Below, in pieces: positions 32,251 through 46,300 of a stretch of 64,000 nt of DNA. The position numbers and the translations under genes were made by a program. The DNA comes from the human T2T-CHM13v2.0 reference genome, Homo sapiens, in NCBI RefSeq assembly GCF_009914755.1, contig NC_060925.1; one strand, written 5' to 3'. Each line of letters starts with the position of its first letter. The first letter of the stretch is position 1. The notes under the pieces are model-generated. The model made no database searches. It was not told where the DNA came from and saw only the letters and a program-made list of their open reading frames with translations.

Positions 32251-34623
32251 AGATGTGCATGTATATTAATAAATTTAATTAGATTTGATACTATATTCCA
32301 TCATCTTTGGGCTCTTATAATCCATTCCATACATATTCCTCATGATTCTTTTGATATAAATTCATAAAATCTTGCAATTATTTTGGTGTATTATTTTATT
32401 TTGAGTAAAACCTTTAATTCCCCACACTCCCGCCACCCCAGACATACTAATACCTGACTTTTTCATTCTGTCAACAAGGAATGGTTGGAGTTTGTCTTGA
32501 AGAGAATAGGCTTTCCCTTGGAAGGCAATTACTCACAGTAAAGTTATCATAGAGCCTTTATGTAAAATAAAGTGAGTGTCCTCAGAATGGGTAGAATAAA
32601 GGAAGGCTGCTTTGAGTGACAAAAGTGGCTTCTAATGACACAGAATTCTAGTTTTTTCCAAATCAATGCTCTCATCTTCCTATGAGAGACTTAATAAGGC
32701 GGTAAATTCAACTGATACGGTAATTTTCAACCCACATAATAAAATATTTAGTCGATTTCCAGCAATATTGGTCCAGGGGCTATAAAATAAGAGATTATTT
32801 TTCGCTGATTTGGTTGGTTAATGGCCTACACTTGTAAAAGAAAAACAAAATATAAAAATCTTACTCTTTGATTTTCACCTTATCAACAGATTTATTCCAA
32901 TTTTATTTCTAAAGAAAAAAACTTTTATTTTGCCTTATTTTTAGTTTCTCCTTATTCATATTTTCATTTATTTCTCTTTGGATACACAATTAAGTTTTAT
33001 AGTTAACAGTACAAAAATAGGTAATATTTGGAACATACTTTCAACCAAATAAGGCAAAAATGTTTTACTAACCTTGTAAATTAGAAATCCAGATTTGGAG
33101 GGAGTTTAATTCCAGGAACCGAACAACAATTTCATAGAATACTTTATTATTTTGTACACACAAAACGTTTACATCAAATATATAACAATAAAGACAACCT
33201 TATATTTATCAGATTAGCAAAATATAACTTGAATGGTTTCAAATACTGAAGAAAACTGAAAAAATGGGAACTCTCTTGTCCCATTGAAGAGAATAGAAAG
33301 AATTCTAAAAAGCCTTCTTGCATGCATTTAAACATAAATAAAAATGTAAGCTTGATGAATTGGTATGTATGTTGTATCAGGCAGTATGTGTTATTTTGGG
33401 TCTGTATATGAGTATAGAGTTACTGTTAGGATCTTTGGGCAAAGATGAATACAAGCAAGTGGAATAAAATTTAAGGTAATTAAGATATTTCAATAATATT
33501 TAATAGAATTGGGAAAATGTACAAATGAAGGATAAAATAAGAGGAGAAATGTACAAACATATCAGTATATTTTGTACATATTAAATTTATCTGGAAATAT
33601 TTACTTAAGAGTTCTAAAAGAACTACATGTTTTAAAAGATCTCAATATCTAATAAAAACTCAAATAGACTAATGCCGGGTTTAATGTATTTGCATGGAGA
33701 GTCTTTGTTTTGAAGAGCAATTAAACCTCTCAAGTGCTTGACTTCCAAGAGATGAGACCACACAGACACGTATTAAATATGTCATAAGATTTTTTCTGTA
33801 GTATTTTATTTTTGCTTGTCTTCTACTATTTTGCTTTGTATTTCTTATCTCTTCCAAAAGGATAACAATGCTTTGGATGATGTTAAAATAAATATAGGTT
33901 CATGCAAAATTATATTACTATAAAAGCCCTGCAAGGTAATATCTGAAAATGTTATTATTTCTTGAAAAGTATTAAGCTATCTGATATGACAGCATTTAAG
34001 TAAAGGGCAAATGGTTGTAAACATTAATTAACTTAAGCTAAAAAATGTGAGATTAAATTTGCAAGAATAAATACATTCAAATAAAACCTTGCATTTCAAG
34101 AATATTTGATCCTATTAATCATGTGTTGTTAACAAAAGCTGAACAGAAACTCATTTTAATTTTTATTTCAGATCTTTAAAAGTTCGTGGAAGACTAGTCA
34201 CAAAGAATTTTGTTTCCTCTTATGGATCTCAAAAAATGAAAGTTCATTTTATACACAAAATTCACATAATTCACAACAAGCATATTACTTGGCCAATAAT
34301 AAACAAAAAAGTAGGTGAGCAACTGTAAAGTTATGATAATTTGCTTATATCATTTGTAATTATATTTCCCATGTTGTTCTAGATTTTTTTTAGTGTTACA
34401 CCAGAGGTTTATAAATTGATTATATCCACTTCATTCAAAATCACATTATGGAAAATACTTGTGTATATCAAAGAAATTATAAAATAGAAGGTTTATAATA
34501 TAGAACATCTTTTCATTAAAAACCTAAAACATGATTTATTTAAAGGTGAGTTTGAATTAATAAAATATGCAATACATACGAATGAATTTAACCAAATATA
34601 GAAACTTTAAGAATCTAAATATA

Positions 34624-37600
34624 AGTCCATTGTTTTCCCCTCTGGTGCCCTGCTGGGGAGACTTAGTGGTCTGTACCAGGGGGAATTCCCTCACAGCCAG
34701 CATAGCGACAGGGGCAGATCATGGCAAGACTGCTTCTTTAGGTGGGGCCTGGATATATCCCTCCTCACTGGGTGATGCCTCCCAGCAGGAATTTCAGCAA
34801 CTCCAGCCAGGGGTTTAGGGACAGAACTCTGATTTCCCTGGGATGGAGCCCCAGTGGGGGCGGGGGTGGGGGCAGCTTCAGTCTCCTGTTTAAGGACTTA
34901 GTCATTCCAGCCCGCTGGCTCTGAGGAGTCCAGGAAGTCCAAGCAAGTGGGATTCCCCACAGCACAGTGCGCCTCCTCCACCAAGGGGCAGCCAGATTAC
35001 TTCTTCAAGCAGGTCCCTGATCCTGTGCCTCCTGACTGGGTGAGACCCTCCAACAGGGGTCAGTGGATACCTCATACAGGGGAGTGTCCAAAGTCATCAC
35101 CTTGGTGCCCCTCTGGGACAGAACTCCCAGAGGAAGGAGCAGGAAGTCATCTTTGCTGTTCTCCAGCCTCCACTTGTGATACCTCCAGGTGCAGGAAGGA
35201 CCGTGGCAAATAAGGTCTAGAGTGGACCCCCAGCAAACTGCAGCAACCCTGCGGAAGAGGGGCCTGACTGCTAAAAGGAAAACAAATGAAAAGCAGCAAC
35301 AACAGCAACAGCATCAACAAAATAATACTCTACGCAAAATCCATCCAAAGGTCAGCAGCCACAAAGACCAAAGGTAAATAAACCCATGAACATGAGAAAA
35401 AAATCAGTGCAAAAAATACCAAAAATTCAAAAAGGCAGAGTGCCTCTTCTCCTCTAAATGATCGCCACATCTCTCCAGCAAGGGCACAGAACTGGGCTGA
35501 AGATGACATGGATGAATCAACAGAAGCAGGCTTCAGAACGTAGGTAATAATGAACTTCACTGAGCTAAAGAAGTATGTTCTAACTCAATGCAAAGAAGCT
35601 AAACCCATGATAAAACATTACATGAGTTGTTAACCAGAATAACCAGTTTAGAGAGGAACACAAATGACCTGACGGAGCTGAAAGACAAAACATGAGAACT
35701 TCACAATCCAACGAAAATTATGACTAGCTGAATAGACCAAGTAGAGGAGAGAATCTCAGAGCTTGATGACCATCTTGCTGAAATAAGACAGGCAGACAAA
35801 ATTAGAGAAAAAGAATGAAAAGGAACGAACAAAACCTCGGAAAATATGGGATTATGTAAAAAACCGAACCTACGACTGACTGGGGTACCTGAAAGAGACA
35901 GAGAGAATGGAATAAAGTTGGAAAATATACTTCAGGATATCATTTAGGAGAACTTCCCCAACCTAGCAAAACAGGCCAACATTCAAATTCAGGAAATGCA
36001 GAGTACTCCAGTAAGATACTCCATGAGCAGATCAACCTCAAGACACATAATCATCAGATTTTCCAAGATTGAAATGAAGTAAAAAATGTTAAGGGCAGCC
36101 AGAGATAAAGGCCAGGTCACCTATAAAGGGAAGACTATCAGATTAATAGCAGCACTCTCAGTGGAAATCCTACAATTCAGAAGAGATTGGGGGTCAATAT
36201 TCAACATTCTTAAAGAGAAGAATTTCCAAGCCAAAATTTCATATCCAGCCAAACTAAGCTTCCTAAGCAAAGAAGAAAAAAAGAACTCTTTTCAGATGAG
36301 CAAATGCTGAGGGAATTCATCAACTCTAGGCCTGTCTTAGAAGAGCTGCTGAAGGAAACACTGACTATGGAAAAGAAAGACCGTTACCAGCCACTACAAA
36401 AACACATTGAAGTATAGAGACCAATGACACTATGAAGCAACTACAATAACAAGTCTCCAAAACAGCCAGTCTCATGATGACAGGATTAGATTCACACATA
36501 AGAGTATTATCCTTAAATGTAAATGGGCAAAATGCCCCAAGTAAAAGACACAGAATGGCAAGCTGGGTAAAGAGTCAAGACCTATTGGTGTGCTGTATTC
36601 AAGACACCCATCCTACATACAAAGACACACATAGGCTCAAAATAAACAGATGAAGGAAAATTTAGCAAGCAAATAGAAAGCAGTAAAAAGCCAGGATTGC
36701 AATACTAGTTCTGACAAAACAGACTTCACACCAACAAAGATTATAAAAGACAAAGAAGGGCATTAAATAATGGTAAAGGTTTCAGTTCAACAAGAAGAGC
36801 TAACTATCCTAAATATATATGCACCCAATACAGGAGCACCCAAATTCATAAAACAAGTTCTTGGAGTCCTACAAAGAGACTTAGACTGCCATACAATAAT
36901 AGTGGGAGACTTTAACACCTCACTGTAAATGTTAGACAGATCATCGAGACAAATAAATAACAGATACTCAGGACTTGAACTCACCTCTGGATGAAGGTGG
37001 CCAACACCAACAACAGATAAGCAAAGAACCAAATCATGAATCAATTCCATTCACAATTGCTACAAAGAAAATAAAATACCTAGAAATACAGCTAACAAGA
37101 GAAGTGAGAAAACTCTTCAAAGAGAACTACAATTTTACCAGAGGTAAAATTCAAAGAGAAGCTGGTAGTATTTCTTCTGAAATTATTCCAAACAACAGAA
37201 AATGAAGGAATGCTCCTTAACTCATTTTATGAAGTCAGCACCATCTTGTTATGAAAACCTGGCAGAGATACAACGAAAGAAAACTTCAGGCCAATATTCC
37301 TGATGAACACTGATACAAAAATCCTCAGTAAACTCCTGGCAAACTGAATCCAGCAGCACATGAAAAAGCTCATCCACCATGATCAAGACAGCTTCATCCC
37401 CAGGATGCAAGGCTGATTCAACATATGCAAATCCAACAAGCATAATTCATCGCATAAACAGGTCTAAGGACAAAAACCACAGGATTATCCAAATAGATGC
37501 AGACAAGACCTTCCATAAAATTTAACATCTCTTAATGCTAAATACTCTCATTAACTAGGTATTAATGGAACATACCTCAAAATAATAAGATCTATTTATG

Positions 37601-39805
37601 ACAAACCCACAGCTAATATCATACTCAATGGGCAAAAGCTGGAAGCATTCCCCCTGAAAACTGGCATAAGACAAGGATGCTCTCTCTCACCCCTGCTATT
37701 TATCATAGTATTGGAAGTTCTGGCTAGGGCAATCAGGCTAGAAAAAGAAATAAATGGTATTCGAATAGGAAGAGAGAAAGTCATATTGTCTTTGTTTTCA
37801 AATGACATCTTCCTATATCTAGAAAACCCCGTCATCTGAGCCCAAAAGATTTTAAGCTTATAAGCAACCTCAACAAAGTCTCAGGATACAAAATTGATGT
37901 ACAAAAATCTCAGGCATTCTTATACACCAACAACAAATAAGCAAAGAACCAAATCATGAATGAACTCCGTTCAAGTTGCTACAAAGAAAATAAAATACCT
38001 AGAAATACAGCTAACAAGGGAAGTGAGAAAACTCTTCAAAGAGAACTACAACCCACTCTTCAAGGAAATCAGAGAGGACAAAAACAAATGGAAAAACACT
38101 CCATGTTCATGGGTAGGAAGAATTAATATCGTGAAAATGGCCATACTGCCCCAAGTAATTTATAGATTCAATGCTATTCCCATTAAACTACCAGTGACAT
38201 TCTTCACAGAATTAGAAAAAAAGTACTTTAAAATTCATATGGAACCAAAAAAGAGCCCGTATAATCAAGACAAATCAAAGCAAAAAGAACAAAGCTGGAG
38301 GCATCATGCTACCTGACTTCAGACTATACTACAAAGCTACAGTAACCAACACAGCATGGTCCTGGTACAAAAACAGACACATAGCCCAATGGAACAGAGT
38401 AGAAGATTCAGAAAAGAATACTGCACATCTACAACCATTTGATCTTCGACAAACCTGACAAAAACAAGCAATGGGGAAAGGATATCTTATTTATTAAATG
38501 ATGCTGTAAAAAGCGGCTAGCCATATGCAGAAAACTGAAGCTGGACCCCTTTGTTACACCTTATACAAAAATTAACTCAAGATGGATTACGGACCTAAAT
38601 GTAAAACCCCAAATCATAAAAACCTAGAAGAGATGGATTACAGACCTAAATGTAAAACCCCAAATCATAAAAAACCTAGAAGATAATCTAGGCAACAGCA
38701 TTCAAGACATAGGCACAGGCAAAGATTTCATGATGAAAACATCAAAAGCAATTGCAACAAAAGCAAAAATTGACAAATAAGATCTAATTAGACTAAAGAG
38801 CTTTGATACAGAAAACTATCATTAGAGTGAACAGGCAACCTACAAAATGGGAGAAAATTTTTGCAAACTATCCATTTGACAAAGGTCTAATATACAGAGT
38901 CTCCAAGGAACTTAAACAAATTTATATAAAACAAACAAACAAAAAAGAACAACTCCATTAAAAAACGGATTAAGGACATGAACAGACACTTCTCAAAAGA
39001 AGACATATTTGTGGCCAACTAATATATGAAAAACCTCAACATCACTGATCATTAGAGAAATGCAAATCAAAACCACAATGAGATACCATCTCACATCCAT
39101 CAGAATGGCAATTACTAAACATTCAAGAAACAACATGCTCATGAGTCAGTGGAGAGATAGGAATGCTTTTACACTTTTGGCGGGAATGTAAATTAGTTCA
39201 ACCATTGCTGAAGACCATGTGGCCATTCTCAGAGACCTAGATTCAGAAAGTCCATTTGACCCAGCAATCCCATTACTGGGTATATACCCAGAGGAATATA
39301 CATTATTCTATTATAAAGGTGCATGCATGTGTATGTTCATCACAGCACTATGCACAATAGCAAAGACATGGAATCAACATAAATGCCCATCAATAATAGA
39401 CTGGATAAAGAAAATGTGGTGCATATACAGCATGAAATACTATGCAGCCATACAAGGAAAGACATCATGTCCTTTGCAGGGACATGGATGGAGCTGGAAG
39501 CCATTATCCTCAGCAAACTAACACAGGAACAGCAAATCAAATACTGCATGTTCTCACTCACAAGTGGGAGCTGAACATTGAGAAAACATGGACACAGGGA
39601 GTGGAACAACACACACTGGGGCCTTTCTGCGGGGGTATGGGGGAGGGAGAGCATCAGGAATAATAGCTAACGCATGCTGGGCTTCATACTTAGGTGATAG
39701 GTTGATAGGTGCAGCAAACCACCATGGCAAATATTTACCTATGTAACAAATCTGCACATCTTAGGCATGTACCAAGGAACTCAAAATAATTAAAAAAAAA
39801 TTAAG
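34624..39805 (+). mobile_element. Near-full-length LINE-1 (L1PA10-13-like): partial 5'UTR, ORF1, ORF2 with internal deletion, 3'UTR; inactive
   Basis: ORF1 peptide MLRAARDKGQVTYKGK...YPAKLSF; ORF2 peptides; 3'UTR gggagagcatcagga...aaccaccatggc; TSD aagaatctaaatata at 34609-34623 and 40049-40063. Confidence 0.95.
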
Positions 39806-39809
39806 AAAT

Positions 39810-39885
39810 TGATAAGAAAGAAGAAAGGAAGGAAGGAGGGAAGGAGGGAAGGAGGGAAAGAGGGAAGGAGGGAAGGGGAAGGAAG
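39810..39885. repeat. GA-rich (GGAA/GGGA) tract after the L1 tail
   Basis: Direct reading. Confidence 0.85.
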
Positions 39886-41434
39886 TCGTGAAGAAACATC
39901 ACCCATTACAATAAATTACCCAGGAACAGAACCTCAATATAAAAATGCTGTTGGATCATCTGGCCTCTCTTTTGCTCTTCTGATCTTCCTTCTGCCCTTT
40001 GGTAACCACACTAGGTCAGGTATTTTTGTGTGTGGTTGGAAAAAAATAAAGAATCTAAATATAGAGCCTCACAAACAACAGATATATGTAAAATACATAT
40101 ATAAATATTATAACATAAAAGGTTTCATGGTAGATTAGCTTTAACTCTTCTAATTTGACAGACTTTATGATGATTCCATTTTTAAGCAGAACCTTGTCAG
40201 TATTTGTTGTGGGTCAACAGTTTTTTCCCACACTTCTCTACCTCAAAACTATATCCTTCCTGTTTAGATCATTTATAACTGGATTTAATGGGAGTGAAAA
40301 TCCAAATTATATGAGGCAACATCAAATATCCAAATGAAATATGTATGAGAATGTTATATAATGATTTAAGAAAAATTAATGTTACTAAATATTTGATGTT
40401 TACTTGAAAACATGTTACAATCAAAATTGTGCAAAATGATTGCAGATAAGCACCACTAGTGTCATATGTGTAGATCTGAAATAGGTTTTTTGTTTTTAGA
40501 AAAACTATGAAGTCAAGTAATAATTGCATACAAACAGTCCCCAAAACTCTCTTTCTACAACTTAGATTTTGCTTTGCATACTGGCCAACGTTCAGTAGAA
40601 AGTGCTTAGGGTGGAAGAGGGCTGGAGACAGCTGCAACTGTGCAACAATGAAAGTAGAGAAGTGGCCTTATTAAAATAAGGAGACTGGAATCTAGTAGAG
40701 GGATTGAGTTAATTCACACATGAGGAGCCAGTTCTCTATTAAATTACCCAAAAGAGGGAAGAAATAAGCCTACAGTATCAACCATATTTGTCTGTCCTTA
40801 TTCAAATTTTGTCAAATGCATCAAATACTTAAATGTAAAAAAGAAGAACATACACCCAAAGGAACTGAAATAAATATAAGTGACTTTTTGTAAGCTCTTG
40901 GGGTGAGACAGGATCTCATGATTACAACACATCAGGTATATAATTAGGTGAAAAAGCAGATACTAGGTAAACATGTACCTTCTTTGTTAGATGAAATATT
41001 GCTAAGGTATAATGAAAACTGTAATGATATTATATCTTGGGGTCCTTTCCTCTATTTTACATAATTGCCTATGACAAGTATTTTTCTTGTAATCATGGAA
41101 ATTAAATAGTCATTGCTTTTTGTATGTTTAAATTTAAGTGCCATGTCAAAATTTCTTGTCCTGTATCTTTTCCAAATTTTCTGAGGGCAAATAATTCTTA
41201 TGTTACATATATAAAGCATAAATTTAAACATAAAAAAAGATCATGACATTCCAAAAGTGGCAATTGCAAAGGAAAGAGAAAATAGAAGCAATATAATTTG
41301 GCATAGTGCATCTATTATTTCAGAACCAGCCCAGCACAAATTGGAATGGTACTTGTTCTTTGAAAGATTGTCCCTGCTTCTTTTCACTCCAGCGATATGG
41401 GAGCCATATGGTTCTAATTTTCTTCAGATATTTC

Positions 41435-41710
41435 GTTAAATGTCACCTTTTCAGGGAAGCCTTTCCTGACCACCCTGTATCACACATCACTTCACTCCTT
41501 CATTCTTCGTGCTTTTTTACGCTTTATTTTTATGATAACATATCACAACTTGACATATTCATTCTATTTGCTTATTGTCTCTGTATGCCACTAAATTTTA
41601 AATGAGAGCAGAGATTGTGTGCTTTATTAGCTGTTTTATCCTTAAAGAGTGGAAGAGGGCAATGGATGTGATAGGAGCTTAACTAACATCATCAAATGTA
41701 TAAATGAATA
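41435..41710 (+). mobile_element. L2 3' fragment
   Basis: aaatgtcaccttttcagggaagcctttcctgaccaccc...atgagagcagagattgtgt. Confidence 0.65.
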
Positions 41711-42878
41711 TGAAAATTGTATACACACCACACTAATCACATTTTAGTTTAGGAGATGTCATATGAATCTTTTAAAGGCTTTACAAGGCTTTCCTCACCT
41801 TGCTTATAAAGAAGGGCCATTGAGTCTTACGATGGCAAGAGTGTCAGATGCAAAGTTGCTGAACACTGGCAGCTCTATTTCCAGTAACATGGTAAGTATA
41901 GTTTAAAATGAGACTGAAACAAGAACAGAGAACCAAAGACAAGACATTAATATGATGAAGTTCAAGTCAGAATTGAGATTCTGATGCCAATAATACTTAA
42001 ATCTGAGCTGCATGTGTCCTTGCCATGGTTTATGTATGGTTTCTGTTATTTTCAACTGAAATTCATGGCTGATTCTACCATAATTATATAACAAGTTATA
42101 ATAATGCAAAATTACAAGGCTTCAAATAATTTTTAGTAGATTTGAAAAGTGAAACTTAAGTAAAATTTTTAGCTGATAACATTTTCTGGATTGAAGAAAT
42201 AAAGGAAGACTATTGTGTTTTTAGAAATAAAATTATCATTACAGTCTGAAATTTGATTCTAATACCAACTTGTACCTCTTCAATATTAGTTAAAGTGTAT
42301 AAGCTCAAAGCAATTTGGTCTAAAATTGTAGTAAATGTTCTCATTTCTTCTGAACTAGATTCATGTAAAACACATAGGGAGAGTTAAGAAAATGCTACCT
42401 ATCATTATTTCTATAGTTTTTTTCACACTTTGTCAATGTAGTTCTTCAAATATGAGATTGTTGAAACTTTACTTAACTTCAAAACATTGCTTCTTTTTAA
42501 TTTTCTTTACAAGACATCAGCTATTAAAGTTATTTTTGGAAGAAATGTCTGTATGATGTTACTTCTCTCTACTTCAATTTCTAATCTGAATATAGAATAC
42601 TGAGTATATGTGCTCTCTCTGAAAGGTATAAGAGGAAAGATATTTTACATTATTTATGATGAATGATGTTTCCCTCATAAAATCCTAGGTGAAATGCTGT
42701 ATTTATTTATCAGCACTAAGGTACTTTGTGGAACTATTAAACCATTAAAGTTCCCAATTATCAGCAATAAATGCAGGGATTTTCTGATTGCATATTTAAT
42801 AGCTGCACTTTACTCATCAAGACGCCACTTATAATTAAACTAATAATACTTCTAATTACAGATATCTGATTTACCTTT

Positions 42879-43215
42879 TGCTATGGTTTGAATGTGTTGC
42901 CTCCAAATTTCAGGTGTTGCCAGTGAGATAGTATTAAGAGGTGGAGCCTGTAAGAGATGATCAGGCTGTGAGGGCTCCTCCCTCATGAATGGGACAAGGC
43001 CATTACAAAAAAAATGCTTCTTGCTCTTCCACCTTCCATGATGTGAGGACCCAGTGTTCCTCCTCTCTGAGGATGCAGCCCTTTTCAGCCAACTGAAGCT
43101 GCTGGTGACTTGATCTTGCATTTCCCAGTCTCCAGAACTATGAGAAATAAAGCTATATTCTTTATAATAACCCAATCTCAATATTCTGTTATAGCAGCAC
43201 AAATGTACTAAGGCA
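42879..43215 (+). mobile_element. MST-family MaLR solo LTR (MSTC/D-like)
   Basis: tgctatggtttgaatgtg...ctccagaactatgagaaataaa...gttatagcagcacaaatgtactaaggca. Confidence 0.88.
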
Positions 43216-43379
43216 CTTCACAGAGGTACTTTACAGAATATGGCACACAGTAGGCACTTGGGAAATATTTCTTAAGACCACTGTTGGGCTGACTAATCAT
43301 CATTAAGAAACTAAACATGTTTGTGAACACTTAATGTTAGGGTAGTTTTTTGATTTATATAAAAAAAATTTAAAGTTGG

Positions 43380-46300
43380 CACACATTGCTTCCTTATAAC
43401 CCATACTCAGTTTCCCCTATTATTAACATCTTACATTAGCATGGTTGCCTTGTTACAATTAATGAACCAGTACTGATACATTATTATATGCTAAATTCCA
43501 TACTTAATTCTTATTTTCTTCCTTGTTACCTAAAGTTATTTTCCATTTGAGTATCCCATTCTGAATAACACATTTCATTTAACCATCCTGTCTTCTTAGG
43601 CTCCTATAGGCTTTGACAGTTTCTCTAACTTTCCTTGTTTTTGGTGACCATAAGTTTTGAGAACTATTGGCTGGATATTTTGCAAAATCTTCTTCTATTA
43701 GAATGTTTCTCATGATTACACTAGGTTTTGTGTTTTGGGAAGAAGACCACAGAGGTTAAATGCCATTTTCATCTAATCATATCCAGGGTACCTACTTTAA
43801 ATATGACTCACCACCTCTGATGTTAACATTGATCACCTGGCTAAGGTAGTGTTTGTCACATATCTTCACATTTCTGTAAAGTTACTTATTTTCCCTACTC
43901 TACATAATATACTTTTCGGAAGAAGTCACTATATGCAGTCTACACATAAGGAATGAGGAGTTATTCTCCACCTCCTTGAAGGTGAAAATATCTACAAAAA
44001 TTACATAGATTTTGTTCCACGAGAAGTTTTTCTATTCATTCCCATTTATTTATTTAATCATTGACTTGCACCAGTATTAATACAAAAATATTTTTATTAT
44101 ATTGGGTTACAGCCTAATACAAATTAATTTATTTTGTTGCTCAAATTGTTCCACCTTTGGACAGTGACAGCTCTTTCATTTGGTTCCTGTGTCATTTCCA
44201 CATGCCCCCAACATCGTTTGTTTGTGTGTTCATGTGTTGGTTTCCTTTTTAGCATTTCTTTATTTCTAGTACTAGTAGTGCCCAAGTACATCTTTTATAA
44301 TTATTGTCCCAAACTATTTCTCCAAGGAATACTGACTGGAGAATGCTATTAAAAACCATACGGAGGCACCAGTGTTCTCATCAGTACTAAAGTGTTGTTG
44401 CCATTAGGCATTCTCAGGTGACACGAATAGAATATATTTATTTGAATACTAATATGTGTATACACACTTCTATAAGCATATCTGTATGTAAGCATTGGAA
44501 TCTATATTAAGCTAAATATGAGTGCATACTGATATCTTCACCTCTAATCCACTGACACATTAATTAGTCTAGCCTCATTCCCTTGTTCCTCTCCAACTGT
44601 GAGAAACCTGGCTCCAGCCTTCTGCTATCCATTCACTAAAATGTCCAGTTTCAGTATAAATGCAAAACAGTATCGGAATCATTTTCCCATGTCACTGAGG
44701 GAAATTAATTTCACAACTAGACTACATTTTTATGTATACTTCCTTTTGCCTTTAGTCTTACAGAGTCCACTTTCTTCCACTGTTACTTAGATCTGCAACT
44801 TTTTCCCCCAGCCTCATTTAGTGAGATGGTTTCAAACATTTGCAATACAGCTAGATTGTTTTTGTCACAAAACAACTGATAACATAACAATGTTGTTATT
44901 TCATCCTGGAATATCCTAACTTCTAAATGTTTTGTATTTTCAAATTTGCACACAATAAGTTTCATTCTTTATGCTGTAATGTTCAATGGGTTTCAACAAT
45001 GCAGTGTCATGTATCCACCATTACAATAGTATACAGAATAGTTTTATCACACTTAAAAATCCCATGCCTCACCTATTCAACTCCCCTCCTTGGAATCTCC
45101 CTGTCATCATCCATTTTAAGCATATATGTAATTTTGTCTTTTTCAGAATATCATATAATGTGAATGAGAAAATATGTAGCTTTTTCTGTCTTAACTTTTA
45201 ACATAGCAATATACATTTACAATTAGGCTGTGTCTTTTTATGGCTTGATAGTTAATTTCTTTTAATTTGACTAACATCCCCTGGAAGAGATGTATCACAG
45301 TTTGTTTACTCATTCACCTATTGAAGGACATCGTGGGTGTTATTGAAGGACATCTTGGGTGTTCTGACAATTATAAAAAAGCTGTGTGCAGATTTTTCAG
45401 TGCACATATGATTTTAAATCCACTGAATATTTAGAAGCACAATTGTTAGATCAAATGATAAGTCTATGTTTAGTTTTGAATAACTATCAAACTGTTTTCA
45501 AAGTGGCTATACCATTTTGAATTCCTGCCAGGAATGAATGAGTCCTGTTGCTCCGGATGCCCTCCGGCAATTAGTTTTGTCAGTTTTGTAAATTTTAGCA
45601 ATTTAAATAAGTGTATAGTGTTATCTCATAGTGGTTTTAATTTGTATTTCCCTAAGGAAAATGATATTGAACATTTTTATATGCTTGTTTTCCATCTGTA
45701 TATCTTTTTTGGTGAGGTGTCTGTTCATCTTTTGTTCTTTTTTAATGATGTTATTCTTTGTTGCAATTTAAGAGTTCTTGGTATAAGCAAGTCCTTCATT
45801 GATAGTTTTGCAAATGTTTTCTCTTCATCTTTCACTGACTTTTTAATTTTATTGATATTGTCTTTCACAGAGCAGAAAATTTTCCATTTTAATTAAACCT
45901 AAATTATCAATTTTTCTCTTATGAATCATGTTACTGTTTTTAAATCTGGAAATGCATAACCAAACCAAAGGTCATATAACTTGTCTACTATTTTTAAAGA
46001 AATTTTATGATTTTACCCTTTATATTTATAATTATGATCAATTTTGAGTTGTTTTTCGGTGTGAAGTAAGTCATTTTCTATATGTGTTTGTGTGTGTGTA
46101 TATACACCATACATACATACAAATGCTCCAGTTCCATTTATTAAAAAGACTATGAATTTCTCCCTTGCATTACCGTTTCTCTTTTGTCAGCAATCAGCTG
46201 ACATATTTTTTATGGGTCTATTTCTTATCTATCTATTCTGTTTGATTGATATTCTGTTTGTACTATGCTGAATTTATTACTGTAGTTTATATTAAATCTT

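Noticed and set aside
35189-35377. PolyQ-containing ORF
   Set aside because: A CAA/CAG slippage tract within the L1 5'UTR, not an exon
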